A stretch of 64,000 bases of DNA from a virus (taxonomy: Duplodnaviria > Caudoviricetes). A program made the position numbers and the translations under genes. Shown here one piece after another: positions 8,686 to 17,928 of this stretch. The stretch lies in the IMG/VR virus record IMGVR_UViG_3300044852_000063, positions 13,364 to 77,363 of that record. One strand, written 5' to 3'. Below the pieces are notes generated by a model. That model made no database searches. It saw only the letters and a list, made by a program, of their open reading frames with translations, and was not told where the DNA came from. Within the stretch, counting starts at the first letter, position 1. Each line of letters opens with the position of its first letter.

Positions 8686-11361
8686 ATGCGGCATATCATC
8701 TTTCAAGAGGCGGACACTTACCCAGTCGCCGTGCTGACTAAGACTTCCAGCTTCAACAAGATGGAGTTGCAGCGCAACTATGTGCAGCCCCTGGTGCAGT
8801 TAGGCTTGAGTGTGCCAGACATGATCGGCTTCAACCTCAAGTACGACGACGCCGGCAAGGCACCGGTGGGCTTCATCAAGAAGTACCTCACCGAGCAACT
8901 GCTGCCGGCGCTGGACGGGATCAAAACCCAGTTCCTCTACGTCTGCGACAGTGCCTATTTCAAGGTGCTGGCCGGGGTCACCAAGTCCGAACCGCACTAT
9001 GGCTACTGCCTGCCGGTGAAGCTCAAGGGCTACGAGCACATGCAGGTGGTATTGGGCCTGAACTACCAGGCGCTGATCTACAACCCGGACCTGCAAGGCA
9101 AGCTCGACATGAGCCTGTCCTGCCTGGCCCGGACGATTCAAGGCACGCACACCGCGCTCGGCGCCGGGATCATCCATTCGGCGTCCTACCCTGAGAGCCT
9201 GTCAGACATCGCCAAGGCCCTCGAGTCGCTGCACCAGTACCCTGAACTGGTGTGCGACCTGGAAGCCTTCAGCCTGCGCTTCAACGAGGCTGGTATCGGC
9301 TCGATAGGCTTCGCCTGGGATCAGCACAATGGGCTGGCCTTCGCCTGTGATTACCGCCCCAACGGGGTGGAAAACACCGAGGGGGCGAAGAACTTCGACT
9401 ACGGCTTCCAGCACCTGAATAAGGAGGTGCGCGCCCTGCTGCTGAAGTTCTTCGAGACCTACGAAGGCACCCTGACCTTCCACAACGCCACCTTCGACAT
9501 CAAGCTGCTGATCTACGGCCTGTGGATGAAGCATGCCTTGGACATGGAAGGACTGCTCACTGGCTTGCACCGCATGTGCCGCAGCTTCCACGACACCAAG
9601 ATCATTGCCTACCTGGCCACCAACTCGACCGCTGGCAACGTGCTGGGCCTCAAGGCCCTGGCGCATGAGTTCGCCGGCAACTGGGCGGTGGAGGACATTA
9701 AGGACATCCGCAAGATCCCGTTGCCGCAGCTGTTGCAGTACAACCTGGTGGACTGCCTCTCGACCTGGTACGTGAAAAACAAGTACTACCCGATCATGGT
9801 CGACGACCGTCAGGAAGAGCTGTATTTCAGCCTGATGTTGCCGAGCCAGAAGCTGATCACCCAGATCGAGCTGACCGGCATGCCGATGGACGCTTCCGTC
9901 ATCCAGCGCGTCAAGGACGAGCTGACCAAGGAAGCGGGCAAGCACTTCGACATCGTGATGAACCACCCGCTGATCGCCCAGCTCAACCTCATCGTGCAAA
10001 CCAAGGCGATGAACGATGCCAATGCCAAGCTGAAGACCAAACAGCACCCGCTGTCAGTGTTCAACACCCCGGGCACCCCGCATTACAAGAGCTTCAACCC
10101 GGGCAGTGGCAAACAGCTCCAGGTCCTGCTGTACGACCTGATGGGCCTGCCGATCATCGACACCACCGACAAGGGGGCGCCGGCAACGGGTGGGGAAACC
10201 CTGGACAAGCTGATCAACCACAGCAACGACCCGGGGGTGAAGCTGGTCCTGGGTTCGCTGATCACCTTCGGCAAAATCCAGAAGATCCTCTCGGCGTTTA
10301 TCCCGGCGTTCGAGCGGGCCTTGGCCAAAGCCGATGGCATGGTCTACCTGCACGGGTCGTTCAACTTGGGCGGCACGGTCTCCGGCCGCCTGAGTTCCAG
10401 CGACCCGAACATGCAGAACATCCCGGCCAACTCGACCTACGCCAAGCTGATCAAGATGTGCTTCATGGCGGCCATGGGCTGGCTGTTCGTCGGTGCCGAC
10501 TTCGCGTCACTGGAAGACCGCATCAACGCCCTGCTGACCAAGGACCCGGCAAAACTCAAGGTGTACACCGACGGCTACGACGGTCACGCACTGCGGGCGT
10601 TTGCCTACTTCGGTGACGACATGCCGGGCATCGTGGAAACCGTCGAGTCGATCAACTCCATTGCGGAGAAGAGCTCGCCGTTTTACTACCTGCGCCAGGA
10701 CAGCAAGTCACCGACCTTTGCCCTGACCTATCAAGGCACCTACCGCACCCTGATGACCAACCTCGGCTGGTCAAAAGAGAAGGCCATGAAGGTCGAAGCC
10801 AACTACATGAAGCTGTATGCCGTGTCCATGCAGTGGGTGAAGGACAAGATCGCGCAAGCGGCGAAGGACGGTTACGCGGAAGCGGCATTTGGCCTGCGCA
10901 TCCGCACCCCGCTGCTGAAACAGACCTACCTGGGCATGGGCAAGGCCACGCCATCGGCAGCCGAAGCCGAAGGCCGCACCTTGGGCAACGCCATCTCTGG
11001 GCAGTCCTACGGGCTGCTCAACAACCGTGCTGCCGTGGCCTTCATGGAACTGGTGTGGGCGCATGAGGAATACCGTTACCTGATCAAACCAGTGGCGCTG
11101 ATTCACGACGCCATTTACCTGGTGATCAAGGACGACCCGGCCATCGTCGAGTGGGTGAACATCCACTTGCCGAAGGAAATGAGCTGGCAACAGCTGCCGG
11201 AGATCCAGCACGACCAGGTGAAGTTGGGCGCCGAGCTCGACATCTACTGGCCGGACTGGGCCAACCCCATGACCCTGCCGAACAACGCGACCCAAGCGCA
11301 GATCATCGAGCTGTGCGGGAAGCATCACGCCAAACTGGAAGAGAAGAAGAAAGCCGCATGA
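8686..11361 (+). CDS. DNA polymerase, family A, with 3'-5' exonuclease
   Basis: DLEAF, HNATFD, YNLVD exonuclease motifs; GRLSSSDPNMQN, ADFASLE, KSPTFALTY, IHDA polymerase motifs. Confidence 0.97.
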   Translation: MRHIIFQEADTYPVAVLTKTSSFNKMELQRNYVQPLVQLGLSVPDMIGFNLKYDDAGKAPVGFIKKYLTEQLLPALDGIKTQFLYVCDSAYFKVLAGVTKSEPHYGYCLPVKLKGYEHMQVVLGLNYQALIYNPDLQGKLDMSLSCLARTIQGTHTALGAGIIHSASYPESLSDIAKALESLHQYPELVCDLEAFSLRFNEAGIGSIGFAWDQHNGLAFACDYRPNGVENTEGAKNFDYGFQHLNKEVRALLLKFFETYEGTLTFHNATFDIKLLIYGLWMKHALDMEGLLTGLHRMCRSFHDTKIIAYLATNSTAGNVLGLKALAHEFAGNWAVEDIKDIRKIPLPQLLQYNLVDCLSTWYVKNKYYPIMVDDRQEELYFSLMLPSQKLITQIELTGMPMDASVIQRVKDELTKEAGKHFDIVMNHPLIAQLNLIVQTKAMNDANAKLKTKQHPLSVFNTPGTPHYKSFNPGSGKQLQVLLYDLMGLPIIDTTDKGAPATGGETLDKLINHSNDPGVKLVLGSLITFGKIQKILSAFIPAFERALAKADGMVYLHGSFNLGGTVSGRLSSSDPNMQNIPANSTYAKLIKMCFMAAMGWLFVGADFASLEDRINALLTKDPAKLKVYTDGYDGHALRAFAYFGDDMPGIVETVESINSIAEKSSPFYYLRQDSKSPTFALTYQGTYRTLMTNLGWSKEKAMKVEANYMKLYAVSMQWVKDKIAQAAKDGYAEAAFGLRIRTPLLKQTYLGMGKATPSAAEAEGRTLGNAISGQSYGLLNNRAAVAFMELVWAHEEYRYLIKPVALIHDAIYLVIKDDPAIVEWVNIHLPKEMSWQQLPEIQHDQVKLGAELDIYWPDWANPMTLPNNATQAQIIELCGKHHAKLEEKKKAA

Positions 11362-11651
11362 AAAAGTCCTTCACGGTCAGGTCGGAGCAGTCCGGTCGGG
11401 TGGTCCGCATCAAAGTCTGCAAGATCTGGCGCGATTACATCGACACGGTAAACCAGTTCGATGACCTGACCCTGGAGGAACGGGCCAAGATCATCGCCGA
11501 TACCTTGATCCACGATCCTGACCATTGGAAAACCTGGTTTCAGGAACACATTGCACATGACTGGGCCTACATCCTGACCATCGGCAAGGTGGTCAAGGAA
11601 GCAAAGTCCAAGCGCGTGCGTCAAATCATCCGTTACTGGGAATTGTCATGA
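11358..11651 (+). CDS. hypothetical protein
   Basis: ATGA overlap with the polymerase stop. Confidence 0.65.
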   Translation: MKKSFTVRSEQSGRVVRIKVCKIWRDYIDTVNQFDDLTLEERAKIIADTLIHDPDHWKTWFQEHIAHDWAYILTIGKVVKEAKSKRVRQIIRYWELS

Positions 11652-11857
11652 GTACATCCGCCAGCGTTCGCGTCACCCTGCAAGTGGAAGTTTCCGTCGG
11701 CAGCTGGGGTGATACGGCATCGTTTGCCACCTTGCGTGACCAAGCGATCCGTGAAGCCACCAACCTGCTGCGGGACCATTTGGCCAAGCGTTCGGATTGC
11801 CGCATCGTCGGCGATCCAGTGGCCATGCACGTTGTCTTGAAAGGAGACGTGCAATGA
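11648..11857 (+). CDS. hypothetical protein
   Basis: ATGA coupling on both sides. Confidence 0.65.
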   Translation: MSTSASVRVTLQVEVSVGSWGDTASFATLRDQAIREATNLLRDHLAKRSDCRIVGDPVAMHVVLKGDVQ

Positions 11858-12084
11858 CTCTGTTGACCAAAAACCAGGTGGTCTCCACCCCCTATGGCCT
11901 GGGCAAGGTCGTTGGTTTCGAGCGCTTCGACGGTTCCACCGGACGCAGCATCGAGCTGGCTGAGCAAGACACCCCCGGCAGTAACAGCCGGGTGGTGGTG
12001 CAGCTGGACGTGCCGTCCATGTGGTCGCTGCACGAACACGGCAACCCGTACTTCGCCCGTCACCGGGTACAACCTGTGGAGTAA
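11854..12084 (+). CDS. hypothetical protein
   Basis: AAGGAG RBS, ATGA overlap. Confidence 0.7.
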   Translation: MTLLTKNQVVSTPYGLGKVVGFERFDGSTGRSIELAEQDTPGSNSRVVVQLDVPSMWSLHEHGNPYFARHRVQPVE

Positions 12085-12087
12085 ACC

Positions 12088-12699
12088 ATGGACCAGCACA
12101 CCTTCCGGCAGCTGTACGAGCTCCAGTGGTCGACACCGAAGATCAAGTTCGGCCACACCGCTGCCCAGCTGGTCACGGCGCCGAAAGGTGCGGTGTACAT
12201 CTGGGTCCAGGCCTATGACCGCTATGTGAAAGACCTGGCCAGGGTGCTGGATCGCCGAGACCTGATCATTGCCCCACCTACATACCTGCGCTTTGGCCAG
12301 CGGGGTGGGGCGGTGATCATTCTCGACCATGCAGTGCGCCTCAGTGCCGAACAGTTCATGAATTACCAGCACATGATGGAAAGCCCTCGGGAGATCTATG
12401 CACCTCAACCCCCTCAAAGAGAAATATCACCCCCTGTACTGGGATTTCGCCTATTCAGCGGAAAGCCAGACGACGGCGCAACGGGAAAAGGTGGGCTGCG
12501 TCATCGTTACTCGCCATGGTTTGATTATCCCTGGCTGGAACGGGACGCCCCCGGGCCACCACACGAACTGCTGCGAGACGACCTGGATCGAGAGCGAGCA
12601 GAGATTCAAAACGGATCGCTGCGTCCTGCACGCGGAGAACAACGCGATCGGCAAAGCGACCCGAGCGGGTGTTTCCCTCGAGGGCGCCCATTTATTTAG
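12088..12699 (+). CDS. hypothetical protein; C-terminal half overlaps the dCMP deaminase gene
   Basis: GGAGTAAACCATG junction; first ~100 aa protein-like; no stop until 12699. Confidence 0.6.
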   Translation: MDQHTFRQLYELQWSTPKIKFGHTAAQLVTAPKGAVYIWVQAYDRYVKDLARVLDRRDLIIAPPTYLRFGQRGGAVIILDHAVRLSAEQFMNYQHMMESPREIYAPQPPQREISPPVLGFRLFSGKPDDGATGKGGLRHRYSPWFDYPWLERDAPGPPHELLRDDLDRERAEIQNGSLRPARGEQRDRQSDPSGCFPRGRPFI

Positions 12700-12883
12700 C
12701 ACGGTGTCACCGTGTGATCCGTGCTCGCGGCAGATCATCCCTTCGGGGATTGCTGTGGTGCATTTCGATCGGCCGCATGACGACCTGACCGGAATAGAAA
12801 CCCTGATGGCGGCCGGCATTGCCGTGACCAGCCGAACCTTCAACCTACACACCCTGATGGAGCTTCGCCAATGCCCCTCGTAA
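12398..12883 (+). CDS. dCMP deaminase
   Basis: KVGCVIV, GWNG, HAENNAI, SPCDPC zinc motifs; GGGAG RBS. Confidence 0.92.
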   Translation: MHLNPLKEKYHPLYWDFAYSAESQTTAQREKVGCVIVTRHGLIIPGWNGTPPGHHTNCCETTWIESEQRFKTDRCVLHAENNAIGKATRAGVSLEGAHLFSTVSPCDPCSRQIIPSGIAVVHFDRPHDDLTGIETLMAAGIAVTSRTFNLHTLMELRQCPS

Positions 12884-13323
12884 TCCAACCTGACTTCAGT
12901 GCCCTGAACGTGGCCAAGCTGTTGATCCTGCGCACCTACTGGCGCTGGAACGACAGTCCCCTGGCCGATGCCGAACACACCCAGACCGAAGTGAACGCCT
13001 ACTGGGACGAGCTGTACGACGACCTGCAAGACGCTCGCTACGACACCCGTCACCAGGGCACCCGGGTCAGCTCGGCGGACGTGCCGGAGCGCATCCACTT
13101 CAGCTGGTCACGCAACTACGAAGTGGACACCCATGTGATCCACCTCGATGACAAGCGCGGCCTGGCCTTCAACTACGTCACCGGCGGCGGCAAGCACGGC
13201 GATCCGGATAGCTACCCTTGGTGGCAGGAAGCCTGGTTTGTCACCTGCACCGGCTCTGAAACCGTGTCGGTGACTACCTACTCCTACAAGGACATTCCGG
13301 ATGAGCCAGCTAAACCTGAGTGA
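12871..13323 (+). CDS. hypothetical protein
   Basis: GGAG RBS; GGGKHGDP motif seen in phage proteins. Confidence 0.72.
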   Translation: MPLVIQPDFSALNVAKLLILRTYWRWNDSPLADAEHTQTEVNAYWDELYDDLQDARYDTRHQGTRVSSADVPERIHFSWSRNYEVDTHVIHLDDKRGLAFNYVTGGGKHGDPDSYPWWQEAWFVTCTGSETVSVTTYSYKDIPDEPAKPE

Positions 13324-13633
13324 ACCGACCCGCTTTGAGGCCTTCAAGGCGCATGCCCACTCCAACATGGAGGCCTACAACAAAGAGCTGCACGGCGACG
13401 GGACTTGGTCCTACGTCGAGCAGGTCAAGCAGTTGGAAAGCCTGGCCAACAACATGAACGGGCGCATGCTGATCTACCTGTTCGGCGAGCACATCGGCAG
13501 TCACCTGGGCGAGAAGTTCCACGGTGAATGTCGGGGCAACCTGTTGTATTTCTTGCGCCAACTCACCAGTGAGTACCGCTTTTTCATCCTCTACGAGCTG
13601 AAGAACAACAAAGTGTTGTTTGCTCACTGCTAA
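13301..13633 (+). CDS. hypothetical protein
   Basis: AAGGA RBS, codon usage. Confidence 0.68.
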   Translation: MSQLNLSEPTRFEAFKAHAHSNMEAYNKELHGDGTWSYVEQVKQLESLANNMNGRMLIYLFGEHIGSHLGEKFHGECRGNLLYFLRQLTSEYRFFILYELKNNKVLFAHC

Positions 13634-13645
13634 AGGAAACCACGT

Positions 13646-13828
13646 ATGGAAGACACCCTCGAAGTAGTGGTGATTGACGGCCGTGTGCGCTGTATCTACC
13701 TCAATGACTACCGCATTGTGGGCAGTAAGCCATACGTGTCTGAGCAGCAGACCGTCACCAAATTCACCGTTCCCAATGGCGCGATCCGTGCCCAACTGAA
13801 ACGTAAATCACGAGTGAAAACCCCATGA
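13646..13828 (+). CDS. hypothetical protein
   Basis: AAGGA RBS. Confidence 0.62.
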   Translation: MEDTLEVVVIDGRVRCIYLNDYRIVGSKPYVSEQQTVTKFTVPNGAIRAQLKRKSRVKTP

Positions 13829-14889
13829 GCACACGTCACTTTGACCTTCCCCTGGCCCGTGACTACGTGCGGCATTGGGGACTCACCGAAGCCATCCGTG
13901 AAATCGTGCAGAACGCTATCGACAGCGACTCGCCGTTCGAGTACGCCTTCATGGGTGACTGCCTGAGCATCACCAGCCGCTACACCACGCTGGACGCCAA
14001 GACCCTGATCCTCGGCTCGACCTCCAAGGCCGACGACAAGGACAAGATCGGCAGCTTCGGCGAAGGCTACAAGCTGGCCTTGTTGGTGCTGCTGCGCCTG
14101 GGCTACAACGTGCAGGTGCTCAACGGCGACAAACTGTGGACCCCGTCGTTCGTGCACAGCGAGCTGTACGACAGCGAGATCCTGCGCATCACCGAAACCC
14201 CGGTAGGTGGCAACCAGGGCCTGAGCTTTCTGGTTCAAGGCATTGGCAACGAAGACGCCAACCGTATCCGCAACACCTGCCTGTTCATGCAACCGCCGAT
14301 GACCGATGTCATTGGCACCAAGTACGGGCACATCCTGCCGTCTCGACCCGGTTTCCTGTACGTCGGCGGGCTGATGGTCACCACCACCGACCTGGACTAC
14401 GGCTACGACATCCTGCCCCAGCACATCAAGCTGGAACGCGACCGTCAAACCGTGGCCGACTGGGACCTGATGTGGCTGATCAAGAACATGTGGCTGGACA
14501 CTCAGCGCTGGGCTGACGTCGCCGACCTGATGGAACGCCAGGTCCCGGACGTGAAGTCCATTCAGTACGACTGCCCGGAGATTCTCAAGGAAGTCTGCTA
14601 CCGCAAGTTCAAGGAGGCCAACCCCGGCGCCATTGCCGTCGGCAGCCAGAAAGAGCTGGAAGCGGTGGTCGCCAAAGGCATGGTCAAGACCGTGATCATC
14701 GGCGGCAGTTACCACGCCGCGGTCACCAGCTACCAAGGCCACCGCGACACCTACACCCGACACATGAAGGTGCAGACACCGGCGGAGATCCTCGCCGAGT
14801 GGCTGGAGAAAAACCAACGGGAGATGCGTTTACCCATTCGCATCGCCTTCAAACAGCTGCTGGCGCTCGCCAGCAAGTGGAAAGCCTAA
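13825..14889 (+). CDS. GHKL (HATPase/Hsp90-like) ATPase domain protein
   Basis: EIVQNAID N-box; GSTSK...IGSFGEGYKLA G-boxes. Confidence 0.85.
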   Translation: MSTRHFDLPLARDYVRHWGLTEAIREIVQNAIDSDSPFEYAFMGDCLSITSRYTTLDAKTLILGSTSKADDKDKIGSFGEGYKLALLVLLRLGYNVQVLNGDKLWTPSFVHSELYDSEILRITETPVGGNQGLSFLVQGIGNEDANRIRNTCLFMQPPMTDVIGTKYGHILPSRPGFLYVGGLMVTTTDLDYGYDILPQHIKLERDRQTVADWDLMWLIKNMWLDTQRWADVADLMERQVPDVKSIQYDCPEILKEVCYRKFKEANPGAIAVGSQKELEAVVAKGMVKTVIIGGSYHAAVTSYQGHRDTYTRHMKVQTPAEILAEWLEKNQREMRLPIRIAFKQLLALASKWKA

Positions 14890-14904
14890 ACCAGGAGAAC
14901 TGAC

Positions 14905-15201
14905 ATGGGCGGATGCACTTTCTGTATCTCAGCACAAGGCGGGTCGGCCAAAGAAGCCTTCAGTATTGCTGTGGAACAAGCCAATGACGAACACGGCCGT
15001 GGTGGTTACACCGGCACTATCGCGGAGAAGAACGAGTTCGTGATGATCCCCGTGCCGGCCGACCGCACCGGTGACGTGTGGGGGTATGCCCAGGAACTGA
15101 TCGACGAAGGTGACCCACGCATCGACGACAAGTGGGGTCCAGCCGGTTGTATCGATCAAGGCCAGGGCAACTTTGTCTTCTTCGGCTGGGCCAGTTCGTG
15201 A
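14905..15201 (+). CDS. hypothetical protein
   Basis: AGGAG RBS; GYTGTIAEK...DKWGPAGCI...FFGWA pattern. Confidence 0.75.
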   Translation: MGGCTFCISAQGGSAKEAFSIAVEQANDEHGRGGYTGTIAEKNEFVMIPVPADRTGDVWGYAQELIDEGDPRIDDKWGPAGCIDQGQGNFVFFGWASS

Positions 15202-15419
15202 GCTGCGCCCGCATCGAGCACGGCTACATCTGCAACATGGGCCGAAGCTACCGTCTGCCTCTGGCGGACGGGACGCGGGTGTACATGGAGTGGCACAACT
15301 ACTTGGGGCCGATCTTCTTTAAAGACCGGGACCAGAATCGGGAAATCACAGAGTGGTTCGACAACGAGCTGATCTGCGATGCCCTCGACTGGTTCATTGA
15401 ACGAGGACGCAAAGCATGA
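15198..15419 (+). CDS. hypothetical protein
   Basis: GTGA overlap start. Confidence 0.6.
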   Translation: MSCARIEHGYICNMGRSYRLPLADGTRVYMEWHNYLGPIFFKDRDQNREITEWFDNELICDALDWFIERGRKA

Positions 15420-15625
15420 CACGCAAAGCTAATTCCAACCCGTCGGGTGGTGGGCCAAAGGTGTACCTGGTCGAAGACCAGCACAACAGCCCCGGCAAGA
15501 TCTACGCGGTGTTTTCCAGCGAGACCGATGCCGAGAACTTCGCCTCGTTCTTCAAAGGGGAAGCCGGTGTGATCGAACGCACCCTGTTCTTTGGACAGCC
15601 GCCCCACATAGGGTACTGCGAGTAA
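15416..15625 (+). CDS. hypothetical protein
   Basis: GAGGA RBS, ATGA overlap. Confidence 0.65.
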   Translation: MTRKANSNPSGGGPKVYLVEDQHNSPGKIYAVFSSETDAENFASFFKGEAGVIERTLFFGQPPHIGYCE

Positions 15626-15628
15626 ACC

Positions 15629-16219
15629 ATGAAAAAAGCTGATACCAAGATCCTGATCCCGGAGATCCCTGGCGAGTGGACCCAACGCAGTCGCAGTGGG
15701 CACCGCAACACCTGGAATTGCAAGGAACATCACCGCTTCCATCGCACTACGACCGACCTGCCTGAAGTGGTGCTGCTGCCACCGGAAAATGGGCTGTATG
15801 CCGAACGGATCGACGGCGCCTGGTACTGGGTATCCGGCTGCGCCAAGTGCACCGGCAGCGGTGAGCACTACAGCTACGTCGTCTGCGACAAGCACAACAT
15901 CTGTGAAGGTTGCGGGGCACCACGGCATACCCTGACCGAAACCCCATGGGGCACTCGGACCGGCTTCATCTGCAAACCCTGTGGGGATGCCCGGGACAAG
16001 GTGCTCCGTGATGAAGCTTTGGCCAAGGCGGAAGCCACAGGCCATTCCGAAGACGATTGCCAGTACACCGACGACATCCTGTGTCCCTACTGTGCCAGCA
16101 AACAAAGCACCGATGATCGTCACGAGAGTGCCAAGGGCCTCGAGTGCGATACCTGCCAAGGCGTCTTTGATCTCGAAGTCGAATACACCCCGAGCTACAC
16201 CACCACCAAAACGGAGTAA
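15629..16219 (+). CDS. multi-CxxC zinc-ribbon protein
   Basis: CAKC, CEGC, CKPC, CPYC, CDTC. Confidence 0.75.
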   Translation: MKKADTKILIPEIPGEWTQRSRSGHRNTWNCKEHHRFHRTTTDLPEVVLLPPENGLYAERIDGAWYWVSGCAKCTGSGEHYSYVVCDKHNICEGCGAPRHTLTETPWGTRTGFICKPCGDARDKVLRDEALAKAEATGHSEDDCQYTDDILCPYCASKQSTDDRHESAKGLECDTCQGVFDLEVEYTPSYTTTKTE

Positions 16220-16223
16220 ACCA

Positions 16224-16718
16224 ATGAAACTGGATCAAGCCGTGGGCATTCTGACCCGACCGGAGCTGGTGATGCAGCATGCCCGCCTACCACACAAACT
16301 GGCAGTGCAGATCTTTGAACCCGGCCGCATCGGCGGTACGCCATGCAGTTCGGTCACCGGTATTCATGTCGGCTTCGACTGGAACGCTGGCACCATCCTG
16401 ATCACCTGTGCCGAACAACTGACCCGCCTGTCCCCGGAAGACGTCGAGGCCATTCGCACCAGCGTCAAGATGGGCCAGAGCTGGCATGCCTACCAGGGCT
16501 ACAAAGAGCAGCAGGCCAAAATCAAACTGGCTGAAGAGCGTCTAAGCTGGTTGGCCAACGAGGAAGCCATGGTCAAACATCTGCTGACACAGGACGGTGT
16601 GCGTTACACCATCCGCTGGCCGAACGCCGAAGAAGAGATGGCCAACTACTTCCTCACGCCTGAAGAGGCCATTGACGCTGCCAGAAGCCTGGAAGCCATG
16701 GAGGTTAAATCAACATGA
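16224..16718 (+). CDS. hypothetical protein
   Basis: GGAGTAAACCAATG junction; GGTP...GFDWN motif. Confidence 0.7.
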   Translation: MKLDQAVGILTRPELVMQHARLPHKLAVQIFEPGRIGGTPCSSVTGIHVGFDWNAGTILITCAEQLTRLSPEDVEAIRTSVKMGQSWHAYQGYKEQQAKIKLAEERLSWLANEEAMVKHLLTQDGVRYTIRWPNAEEEMANYFLTPEEAIDAARSLEAMEVKST

Positions 16719-16924
16719 CTGTCTATACCGCGTTCTGTCAGGAAGTCACCGGCAAAGGCACCATCTGGATCAATCCAGTGGAGGCTGACACCCAAGACGA
16801 GGCCATTAACAAGGCCCGAGCCGAGTGTGCAGTCGATTGGACCTGCCATGAAGAGGACATTCATGTCCTTGGCTTGGCTGAAGGCGACGTCAACATCCTC
16901 GTATGGGAAGACATCGATGAGTGA
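16715..16924 (+). CDS. small acidic hypothetical protein
   Basis: GGAGG RBS, ATGA overlap. Confidence 0.68.
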   Translation: MTVYTAFCQEVTGKGTIWINPVEADTQDEAINKARAECAVDWTCHEEDIHVLGLAEGDVNILVWEDIDE

Positions 16925-17135
16925 AGCCCGGTGCATCCGCATTAACAGCTGCCAGAGTTGTCCTCACAAGGACCACAAAGGCGGCTTCGGCAGTCCGGCC
17001 TATGTTCCAACCTGCCGCAAGGCAGGTATGGACCTGCCGTACACCCTTCAACCCAACTCCAGAGGCACTGGCTGCTTGGCCAATGCCACTCATGTGATTC
17101 CAGAGTGGTGTCCACTGGAGAAAGCCCCCGCTTGA
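16917..17135 (+). CDS. small Cys-containing hypothetical protein
   Basis: CQSCP...C...IPEWCPL pattern common in phage microproteins. Confidence 0.65.
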   Translation: MSEARCIRINSCQSCPHKDHKGGFGSPAYVPTCRKAGMDLPYTLQPNSRGTGCLANATHVIPEWCPLEKAPA

Positions 17136-17188
17136 CCCTGTTGATCAACTATTATATGGGCTCCACCCATTGAGCAAGGCAGTTACCC

Positions 17189-17404
17189 ATGGATTTAGCC
17201 CAACAAGAGCTGTATGAGACTGACAATATCATCGTTGGAAACGGTGAAGTGCCAGGTGTGAGGACTGAAAGTGGCGTTGTCTGGGTTCTCCCAGGTGGTC
17301 AACGCACCTCCAGTCGTCTTGAGGCCATCTGTGTGGCCGATCAACTCAATCATTTGATTGGTGAAAACTACAGGAAGAAGACGAAGCGTCACTTCCGCCG
17401 GTAA
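17189..17404 (+). CDS. DUF1317-like small protein
   Basis: DNIIVG...WVLPGG...A..LN pattern, basic tail. Confidence 0.6.
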   Translation: MDLAQQELYETDNIIVGNGEVPGVRTESGVVWVLPGGQRTSSRLEAICVADQLNHLIGENYRKKTKRHFRR

Positions 17405-17528
17405 CAAAAACGAGCAAAGTGCCATCCCCTTCTTTAAACTCGGCTGAGTTCCACTCACCAACCCGTTTAGAAGGACAAACCCACCATGAAGTTCCCAGTA
17501 CACCGTGTTAGTTCTGTGGAGGTGCTTT

Positions 17529-17864
17529 ATGCCATGGCGTAACAACCCAGACTTGTGGGGTTTGCTCGGTGCACTGCTGATCAGTACCATCTCTGGCTTT
17601 ATCTCCATCGCTCAACGGGTGGTGAGAGGACATAAAGTCTCAGTGTTGTGGGTCATCAGTGAATTTCTCGCCGCTATTCTCGCCGGCTACATCATGTTCG
17701 ACACCTATCCGATCCTTGAGCCCCAATTACCTGCCTGGGCCACACTGCCCATGCTGGTAGCACTGGCGGCACACATCGGTGGGCGATCGTTCCAGGGCCT
17801 CGAGAAGATCATGCAAAAACGTCTGTCCGGCATCCTGCCACCAGAAGACAACCCCAGCACCTGA
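17529..17864 (+). CDS. putative holin (3 TM, LydA-like)
   Basis: GGAGG RBS; three hydrophobic segments, EFLAAILAG, AHIGGR, charged tail. Confidence 0.72.
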   Translation: MPWRNNPDLWGLLGALLISTISGFISIAQRVVRGHKVSVLWVISEFLAAILAGYIMFDTYPILEPQLPAWATLPMLVALAAHIGGRSFQGLEKIMQKRLSGILPPEDNPST

Positions 17865-17886
17865 TACACTTTTTTCGTTGTTCCCC

Positions 17887-17912
17887 AGCCCGGTTGATTC
17901 CGGGCTTTTTTA
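17887..17912 (+). terminator. intrinsic terminator
   Basis: AGCCCGG-ttgatt-CCGGGCT followed by a T-tract. Confidence 0.8.
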
Positions 17913-17928
17913 TTGCTCGAGGTTCACT

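Noticed and set aside
8686-11361. Intein or intron in the polymerase (also checked nrdJ and primase)
   Set aside because: Continuous ORFs of expected size with no intein or homing-endonuclease motifs
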